Shown here piece by piece: positions 1 to 6,458 of a DNA stretch of 64,000 bases. Every line of letters begins with the position of its first letter. Within the stretch, counting starts at the first letter, position 1. Under the pieces are notes generated by a model. That model saw nothing but the letters and a program-made list of their open reading frames with translations, was not told where the DNA came from and ran no database searches. Source of the stretch: a virus; the IMG/VR virus record IMGVR_UViG_3300026488_000012, positions 1 through 64,000 of that record; one strand, written 5' to 3'. The position numbers were made by a program, and so were the translations under genes.

Positions 1-117
1 CCTCTCTACCAAGTACTGCTCCTCTGGTGTGAAGGAGAAGGTCGAGACTAACCCCGGTGGTATAAGGGGAGTCAGAAGACCTTCTCGACGAAGAGGAGAC
101 GTGGAACGGTAGAGAGG
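1..117 (+). ncRNA. Structured 5' leader RNA, copy 1 of a three-copy family
   Basis: P1 cctctctacc(1-10)/ggtagagagg(108-117); P2 ctcctct/agaggag; P3 gagaaggtc/gaccttctc; P4 gact-aa-cccc/gggg-agtc; loops AAGUAC, GGUGUGAAG, GACGA, AGAA shared with the other two copies; SD aaggag follows at 122-127. Confidence 0.75.
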
Positions 118-127
118 TTAAAAGGAG

Positions 128-544
128 ATGAATATGAGAAAATTATTTTTGACAGGTTATTATTATCAGGATAGTACTTGCGACGGGTGGATCTTGGAAT
201 TATGGAATCTCGAAAAAGATGAGTGTTTACTCACATTAGATTTAACTGACCCCTATGACTGGAGGAATGCCCAATTCCTCCACCTCAGGGGTATACTAAT
301 AACCCCTGAGGTGGAAGATTATGAACTGTTAAAGTTACCTAGTGATAGGTACGATACCACTGCATGCGTTCTTTTACTGAACCCGGACGTTGTTATAGAT
401 GAAGATCAGAGATATAGAATAATCAATGTCTCTGATCTCACCGACGCCGAATTAAAAAGGCTAGGGAAATATACAACCCTGGCCAAGGAGGAATACTTAA
501 GAAGATTAAAAGAGAGATATCAGAAGGCAATAGAAAGCCTCTAA
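128..544 (+). CDS. Hypothetical accessory protein behind structured leader (start may be ATG 134)
   Basis: 138-aa ORF, SD aaggag at 122-127, followed by hairpin plus T-tract; no family recognised. Confidence 0.75.
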   Translation: MNMRKLFLTGYYYQDSTCDGWILELWNLEKDECLLTLDLTDPYDWRNAQFLHLRGILITPEVEDYELLKLPSDRYDTTACVLLLNPDVVIDEDQRYRIINVSDLTDAELKRLGKYTTLAKEEYLRRLKERYQKAIESL

Positions 545-563
545 TATCTCTCTTTTTTTTTCT
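511..563 (+). terminator. Intrinsic terminator
   Basis: agagagatat(511-520)/atatctctct(545-554) with inner agaaggc/gcctct pairing, then a T-run. Confidence 0.6.
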
Positions 564-594
564 TTTACGTGAAGTTATTTTTAAAGGAAAAACT

Positions 595-1389
595 ATGGAT
601 GCTATAACTAAAGCTTTAAACGATATAAAATTTGAGATACCTAGAGATATACTTAACTTAGCATTCGTTAACAGATACAACTATTACACTGCTGAAGTTA
701 TATCTTTAGATAAATCTATAACTGATAACGTAATCAATGCTAAAGTACTACCAGATTTAAACGTCGTTAGAGGACAGGAAGTCTCTATACCTTTAGAATA
801 TTGCGATATAATAAATGTGACACCTAATCCCTACGTAATGGAAACAGTTATAAAAGTACCTGCTAAATTACTTAACGGTAGAAACATCATAACACCTTTG
901 GCGATAGTATTCGAATCAGGTCCTATTACACCATATCAAAATGGTAATAGATTATTACAAACAGCTAATGCTGCTATAAATACTACTATAGGTACCGGAG
1001 GATTTTCTACTACAGATTTAGAACTCATAGGCAATAATACAGTCTTAGTACATGAGAATCTACCTATAGTATTAGGATTCTTAAGAGTTATGATAGAAAA
1101 TGATAGAAATATGAACAACCTTAATCCTAGATTTTACAACTACTTTTCACAGCTATGTATATATGCTACCAAGGCTTATATTTATAATACTCTAATCATA
1201 GACATAAATAAAGGGATAATAGTAGGAGGACACGAGTTATCTATTATTAAGAATATTATAGATAGTTATCAAGACGCAATAGAAAACTATAAAACATATT
1301 TAAAGGAATATATGGGTAAAATACTCTTTATGAACGATGATAAATCCTATAGTGATTATGTTAAAATGTTAGTAGACCCATTTGTGTAA
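595..1389 (+). CDS. phiKZ-like virion structural protein adjacent to head protease
   Basis: 264 aa; N-terminus MDAITKALNDIKFEIPRDIL resembles a conserved phiKZ-like structural family usually next to the prohead protease (recall, not searched). Confidence 0.6.
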   Translation: MDAITKALNDIKFEIPRDILNLAFVNRYNYYTAEVISLDKSITDNVINAKVLPDLNVVRGQEVSIPLEYCDIINVTPNPYVMETVIKVPAKLLNGRNIITPLAIVFESGPITPYQNGNRLLQTANAAINTTIGTGGFSTTDLELIGNNTVLVHENLPIVLGFLRVMIENDRNMNNLNPRFYNYFSQLCIYATKAYIYNTLIIDINKGIIVGGHELSIIKNIIDSYQDAIENYKTYLKEYMGKILFMNDDKSYSDYVKMLVDPFV

Positions 1390-1402
1390 GATATCCCGAG
1401 TA

Positions 1403-1418
1403 TACGATGATTTAATAC
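1403..1418 (+). promoter_or_regulatory. Putative late promoter motif
   Basis: TACGATGATTTAATAC; 15/16 identical to 11648-11663; both precede head-protein genes. Confidence 0.5.
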
Positions 1419-1435
1419 TATATAAGGAGTAAAAT

Positions 1436-2224
1436 ATGTCAAAGGTAAAAACTATTGCTACAAAAGCCATAGAAAAAGGCGTGAAGAACACGTATGTGAA
1501 AGATGAAAACGGATATTACAAAATAAGATTAGGTAGGTTTAATACTTTTAATAGATCTGGTATATACTATAGGGTAGCTAATCTAGATGAAGTAACTGGT
1601 CCAAATAGTATATTTTACAAAAGACTCACATCTGGTTACTTAAGATCAGAGGTATCCCATCCTGAAAGGATAAGAGAGATAGGTGAAAAATTAAGAAGAG
1701 ACCCTAGTAATGTTAAGTTAAGAACAGAACTTGTAAAAGCCGTGATGTTTCTAGACCTAGAAAACGTATGTGCGCATATTAAGAAAGTAGAATTCGTTAA
1801 CACGGATAAAAGAGAACCTGGATTCAATCTACCTATAATCGATGTATGGGGTTGGGTGAAACCATCCGGACCTAAAAAACAGATATTACAAGAAGCCTTA
1901 GATAACCCAGATGAGAATGTTGCCTTCAGTATAAGATCAGTAACTACGGATAGTTTTATAGGTAGGACTATTGTGAAGGACATTAAAGTCATATCTACAT
2001 GGGATTATGTATATGAACCGGGTATTAGTGGTAGTAGTAAATGGGCTGGTGCTGGTATAGAATATAGTCTAGACGCATCTATAAAAGAAATAGATGATAA
2101 GGTAATTTCAGAAATATCATATGGCATAGAGTCGGCTTGTGAAGATGGTCAATGTGCTTTAGACGCTATTAAAAGAATTAAAGAAAAATACCAAGATACA
2201 TTTAAAAAATGGTTATTTAAATAA
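1436..2224 (+). CDS. Prohead/head maturation serine protease (phiKZ gp175-like)
   Basis: Motifs LGRFNTFNRSG, YLRSEVSHP (catalytic His), AFSIRS (catalytic Ser), TWDYVYEPGI; candidate C-terminal auto-cleavage sites AGIE and YGIE. Confidence 0.9.
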   Translation: MSKVKTIATKAIEKGVKNTYVKDENGYYKIRLGRFNTFNRSGIYYRVANLDEVTGPNSIFYKRLTSGYLRSEVSHPERIREIGEKLRRDPSNVKLRTELVKAVMFLDLENVCAHIKKVEFVNTDKREPGFNLPIIDVWGWVKPSGPKKQILQEALDNPDENVAFSIRSVTTDSFIGRTIVKDIKVISTWDYVYEPGISGSSKWAGAGIEYSLDASIKEIDDKVISEISYGIESACEDGQCALDAIKRIKEKYQDTFKKWLFK

Positions 2225-2253
2225 CATATGTCGGGATCATCCCGACATATGTT
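2223..2253. terminator. Bidirectional terminator hairpin
   Basis: 14-bp stem aacatatgtcggga/tcccgacatatgtt between convergent protease and endolysin genes. Confidence 0.75.
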
Positions 2254-2262
2254 GTTATAATA

Positions 2263-3018
2263 TTAATCAGATTTTACGAATAAATATCTATCGTTTATTA
2301 ACCAGTCTTTTTTATACTTCATTAATCTTACCTTTAAAACGTCATAAACGTGATGTCTGGATATATCGCAAGGACTCCTCCTACCATATAAAGGTTTATG
2401 ACTAGCTGTACAAGTCCTTTCTACATTACCGAACCATTTATTAGGATTACAGTTTTTAGTCATCTTACACAACATTCTATCTCTATACGTTCTATAATAT
2501 CCTTGATTATAACTAGCGTCAGACATAGCTAATCTATTATAATCATTTATGTTTTTAGAGAATTTATACCAGTTACCTTTCCACAGTAATAACATAGCTC
2601 TTATTTGTAAGTCTGGTCTATTGTAAACGTTATTCCAGGATAACTCATTGAGCTCTTTTCTATATCTTCTTTTTAAAGTTTTTATAATATCAAATCTAAG
2701 CTTACCATTCTTTTTCCATACTCTCGTTAATTGAGCCAGTCCTGCACCTTCCTCTCTTTTAGTCTTAAGTCTGGCTTTAGGATTCCAACATCTTTTCCAA
2801 CAAAGACTGATACACGATTCATGTTCTATTAAACTACCAAAGTAGTAAGGATATTTAAAATCTTTACCTATTAGTCTGTATACCTCTTCATACATGGTGG
2901 GTAAGTACTTTCTGGCATTCTCGGGTATATCCTTTCTAACATCCAAATTACACTTAGCGTGTGATAAGTCAAAAACAATTAACAATAGTGTTAGAATAAT
3001 GAATAACATTCTAAACAT
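2263..3018 (-). CDS. Lytic transglycosylase (SLT-like) endolysin with N-terminal signal peptide
   Basis: Hydrophobic N-terminus MFRMLFIILTLLLIVFDLSHA; catalytic EHES, GAGLAQLT and ASYNQG motifs; 8 Cys. Confidence 0.85.
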   Translation of the reverse strand: MFRMLFIILTLLLIVFDLSHAKCNLDVRKDIPENARKYLPTMYEEVYRLIGKDFKYPYYFGSLIEHESCISLCWKRCWNPKARLKTKREEGAGLAQLTRVWKKNGKLRFDIIKTLKRRYRKELNELSWNNVYNRPDLQIRAMLLLWKGNWYKFSKNINDYNRLAMSDASYNQGYYRTYRDRMLCKMTKNCNPNKWFGNVERTCTASHKPLYGRRSPCDISRHHVYDVLKVRLMKYKKDWLINDRYLFVKSD

Positions 3019-3085
3019 AAGTCCGCTCCTTGAAAAAATAAATTCACACTAAATGAAAAAATAATTTGTACAAAAAAAACAATTA

Positions 3086-3103
3086 TATATAGTTAAACTG
3101 TAA
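3086..3103 (+). promoter_or_regulatory. Putative early promoter (18-nt motif)
   Basis: TATATAGTTAAACTGTAA, ending 12 nt before structured leader copy 2. Confidence 0.65.
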
Positions 3104-3115
3104 CAAAATAAAAAA

Positions 3116-3230
3116 CCTCCCTGTCAAGTACTGCTCTCCCGGAGAAGGAGGAGACTAAGACTCATCCCGTTGTTAGTAGGGAAGTTAGAAAGTCTCCTCG
3201 ACGAAGGAGAGATGTGGAAAGACAGGGAGG
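3116..3230 (+). ncRNA. Structured 5' leader RNA, copy 2
   Basis: P1 cctccctgtc/gacagggagg; P2 ctctcc/ggagag; P3 gaggagact/agtctcctc; P4 gact-ca-tccc/ggga-agtt; loops AAGUAC, GGAGAAG, GACGA, AGAA, GAAA; SD follows. Confidence 0.75.
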
Positions 3231-3246
3231 TATATAAGGAGAAAAT

Positions 3247-4014
3247 ATGGAAAAAATAAAAGAAACTTATTTAAGAGTTTTCAAAGAAGTAGCAGATAAA
3301 AACGCTACTTTAGATTTCTTTAAGGGAGGACTTACAAACGACTACTTCACAAGTCATGAATATGATAGTTATTTTGCGGGAGAACAAAAACTGCAAAATA
3401 ACTATCAATTGTTTTCACGTATTATTTTGGAAAATGATAAGGAGGCTATTAATTTATTTTATGGTTACTTTATATCTCCTTTTGCCAAAAAGGATCTTAG
3501 TATATTCAGAATTGGATATTACTTTTATAAGAACAAATGTCTTCCTAAAGTTACAATTGAAAAAATTAATTTACTTCTATTAGAGAGGCTCGAAAATGAA
3601 TTCGAGAAATTTCAATTTGATATTATAAAGGAAATGGTTCAGAGAAAGGGGTACTTGAATTTTACAGTGGTAGAAGAAAAGATAAAGCTTAAGAATGAAA
3701 GGAGAAGATTATTCGAAGAGAATATTCCTTTTAAAGAAATTAATTATAATTATAGTAGGGGTATAGTTAATTATATCTTTGAAGGTGAGAAATGTCTTTA
3801 TAATCTGGGAGACTATAAAGGCATTCTAATAAACCACAAACTTACGGACCTTGAAGTAATTCCTGCTCTATCTAGCAGGGCGGGATTTTTTAAGAAGAAC
3901 GGCGAGTTATATTACTACGCCGGGTATGGTCGTGAAGAAAGAATAGGGGAATGTCTCTACTATGATGTAAACCGTAATGGGGATGCAATAATACTAAAAA
4001 GGAGAAAAAAATGA
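3247..4014 (+). CDS. Hypothetical early accessory protein
   Basis: 255-aa ORF with SD aaggag, downstream of promoter motif and structured leader; no family recognised. Confidence 0.75.
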   Translation: MEKIKETYLRVFKEVADKNATLDFFKGGLTNDYFTSHEYDSYFAGEQKLQNNYQLFSRIILENDKEAINLFYGYFISPFAKKDLSIFRIGYYFYKNKCLPKVTIEKINLLLLERLENEFEKFQFDIIKEMVQRKGYLNFTVVEEKIKLKNERRRLFEENIPFKEINYNYSRGIVNYIFEGEKCLYNLGDYKGILINHKLTDLEVIPALSSRAGFFKKNGELYYYAGYGREERIGECLYYDVNRNGDAIILKRRKK

Positions 4015-4472
4015 ACAAAATATATAAACTAAATGACGTTGTTTTCGTCGTAGTAAACGAGAATGAATTAGGCGTTATGATAAATAACGATATATATCCG
4101 TTAAGAGACAAAAAGGACGCTATTCTTCTAGCGTCTATAATAGGAAAAGAGACTAAAGAGGACTCAATATTTACCTCAATACGTCTCGAAAGGTTAGTAA
4201 GCAGATATATAAACTCTATATATAGCGATATATATAGAGCCTACGATTTTTTACAATTAAACTATGGGCATCTATACAAGGATACCTTCAAAATAGCGAG
4301 AGCACGTTACTGCGCTCTTTGCCACTGTAAGGGGTATTCCCCGGTCATTTACTACGAGGGGAACTGTAGTCATAATACAGAGTTCTGCGACGAAGACGTC
4401 GCGCTGTGTATAAAGAAAGGTTTTGTAAAGAAGTTTAAAAGAATCTTAAAGGAAAGAGGGTTTTTGAAATAA
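4011..4472 (+). CDS. Hypothetical protein with C-terminal Cys/His cluster
   Basis: ATGA overlap with upstream gene; YCALCHCKG...NCSH...FCDEDVALC. Confidence 0.7.
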   Translation: MNKIYKLNDVVFVVVNENELGVMINNDIYPLRDKKDAILLASIIGKETKEDSIFTSIRLERLVSRYINSIYSDIYRAYDFLQLNYGHLYKDTFKIARARYCALCHCKGYSPVIYYEGNCSHNTEFCDEDVALCIKKGFVKKFKRILKERGFLK

Positions 4473-4508
4473 TCCTCTTTCCATTTGTATTTCTATTTTT
4501 TTTATTTA

Positions 4509-4526
4509 TATATAGCTAAAGTGCAA
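4509..4526 (+). promoter_or_regulatory. Putative early promoter (18-nt motif)
   Basis: TATATAGCTAAAGTGCAA upstream of the SD of 4550-5140. Confidence 0.65.
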
Positions 4527-4549
4527 CAAAAAAAAATTAAGGAGTCGAA

Positions 4550-5140
4550 ATGAAAAGAGCAATTGAAAGTTTAAAAAATCTAGTAGTTAATCCGGATATA
4601 TTTCACGTAGAGAATACCGATGACTTTGATATAGGTAGAACAGAATTTAGATTACTTATACCGGATATCAATAAGAACATTAAAGTTATTAGAAAGGTGA
4701 CTGAAGTTTTGAATATCGTTATGGCTAAAAGAATTGAAAATAAAATAGTAACCGACTATTATATAGAAGGTTACGACAGAGTAAGAAAAATAAAAAATGA
4801 TGATAGCGTTAAATATTACGACATAGAGGGACATACCGTCTTTAAAACAATAAGAGAAATAGAAAAAGACGAGTTTAAAGAACTCATCAAAAAAAGTCAT
4901 ACTACCGTAATAAAACACATAGCGGCATACAAAAAAATAGCAGAAGACTTCGAAGTCTGTTTTGAATATATAATACATGGTAACAGACTTCATTTTAGTG
5001 TTGAATTAGAGGTCAACGATATCCACGACGGGTTAAGCTGGTTAGAAAGTTTTGTAGATTTATTAAATTTAAAATCAGGGGATTATCATATATCCTCTGA
5101 GCCGTTGATAGATTTATTATACGATATAAACAAGAAGTAA
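4550..5140 (+). CDS. CYTH-superfamily (triphosphate tunnel) -like protein, divergent
   Basis: Motif order RTEFRLLI (ExExK-like), TDYY...RVRK, K-x-x-x-x-Y, FEVCFEY, FSVELEV (ExE) and ~200-aa size fit CYTH. Confidence 0.5.
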   Translation: MKRAIESLKNLVVNPDIFHVENTDDFDIGRTEFRLLIPDINKNIKVIRKVTEVLNIVMAKRIENKIVTDYYIEGYDRVRKIKNDDSVKYYDIEGHTVFKTIREIEKDEFKELIKKSHTTVIKHIAAYKKIAEDFEVCFEYIIHGNRLHFSVELEVNDIHDGLSWLESFVDLLNLKSGDYHISSEPLIDLLYDINKK

Positions 5141-5167
5141 CGGTAGGGTTATCCCCTACCGTTACTT
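5135..5167. terminator. Bidirectional terminator hairpin
   Basis: 14-bp stem aagtaacggtaggg/ccctaccgttactt containing both convergent stop codons. Confidence 0.75.
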
Positions 5168-6232
5168 TATTTTTTCTTTTATATTCTCTATCATAGATTC
5201 TACTAACATCCTGTCTATAGGTTCAAGCTTTCTACTTATACTTCTTTTTTCATAGTCAAAAATAGTTAATAAGATATCGTTAGTAAATTCTCTATCCTTC
5301 TTTATATAATCAGTTATAGAGGATAAGTTATTAAGCATTGCCAACATATATACCCACATATTCTCATTATCCACATAAGATACAAATCTATTAAGTTCAT
5401 CTATAGTTTTATCCATTATCAAGACTCTTTTAGCAAAATCATAGTAGTCTTTATATCTCTGTTTAAGTATTATTTTCTTATACTCGTTGTTAGCTCTATA
5501 CAGAAAATTATCAAGATTAGTCAATCCGCCTACGTTTTTATCGTATAATGTTTCCAACTCGTATTTGTTATTTAAATAAAAAAACAAATTGTTATAATAA
5601 GTATATTTGTTTAGACTGTCTATAATACTTAAAAAAGGATATTGATGTAAGTAGATAGCTATATCTATATTATCGTTATTTTTTACTCGTTCGATCATCC
5701 ATAGTTTATACTGTAAAACAAGCTCGACGATGTTTACTTTATAAATAACAAATGATGCTTGTAGGGATACACCATAAGGATGCGATATGATTAAGTTTAA
5801 GTTATCAGTAGAAATAACTTTTATAGGTTTTAAATCTCTCCAGTTATCTTCTAACTCTAACAGATTTACATCGTCATATTCTTCTACTATAAATATTTCA
5901 GCAACATTGTCAAATATAACATTTGTTAATCCTTTTCCTATATTAGCACTACTTACAAAACCAAACTTATTACTTAAATGGATATGTACCTCTGTTAATA
6001 TATCGTATAATTCAAATACATCCTTATCCATATAAATACTCATATCGTGTATGAGTGATATAAATGGATTAGGTCTCTTTATAGAGAAGTTTCTTGTCCT
6101 ATAATAATACTCTAACTCATACAGATTGTTATAGTAACTAGATACAAAATATGGTAATGATTTAGGTAGTTGTCTTGGGGGTTCTGAAATGGAATCTTCA
6201 AACATAGAGAAATAACTCATTAACTTTAACAT
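5162..6232 (-). CDS. Conserved chimallivirus-type hypothetical protein divergent from chimallin
   Basis: 356 aa, SD aaggag; size and divergent position upstream of chimallin resemble the phiKZ gp52-like core gene (recall). Confidence 0.55.
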   Translation of the reverse strand: MLKLMSYFSMFEDSISEPPRQLPKSLPYFVSSYYNNLYELEYYYRTRNFSIKRPNPFISLIHDMSIYMDKDVFELYDILTEVHIHLSNKFGFVSSANIGKGLTNVIFDNVAEIFIVEEYDDVNLLELEDNWRDLKPIKVISTDNLNLIISHPYGVSLQASFVIYKVNIVELVLQYKLWMIERVKNNDNIDIAIYLHQYPFLSIIDSLNKYTYYNNLFFYLNNKYELETLYDKNVGGLTNLDNFLYRANNEYKKIILKQRYKDYYDFAKRVLIMDKTIDELNRFVSYVDNENMWVYMLAMLNNLSSITDYIKKDREFTNDILLTIFDYEKRSISRKLEPIDRMLVESMIENIKEKIK

Positions 6233-6408
6233 GTATACTCCTTGAAGTTATAAAAATTTTATTTCCAAATACAAACAGTCCTATTTAATTCATATGAAGG
6301 AGTGGTAACTATTGAAGAAACTCCTTCACTAATAATTGAGTTTACTCGCTTTAAAGCGAGAGTGTAGAAGCGGTAGAAGGAAATTTTATTTCCAACAGCA
6401 AATGTTGT

Positions 6409-6426
6409 TATCTTACTAAATTGCAA
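6409..6426 (+). promoter_or_regulatory. Putative early promoter (18-nt motif) for chimallin
   Basis: TATCTTACTAAATTGCAA, identical to 22913-22930 and 60769-60786. Confidence 0.7.
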
Positions 6427-6458
6427 AATTAAACCAAATTTAAGAAAAGGAGTCAAAA

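Noticed and set aside
3116-3230. Leader RNA as T-box, SRP RNA or SAM-I riboswitch
   Set aside because: No specifier codon, T-box antiterminator UGGNACC, SRP GNRA/CAGG loop or SAM-I junction; only isolated modules are shared.
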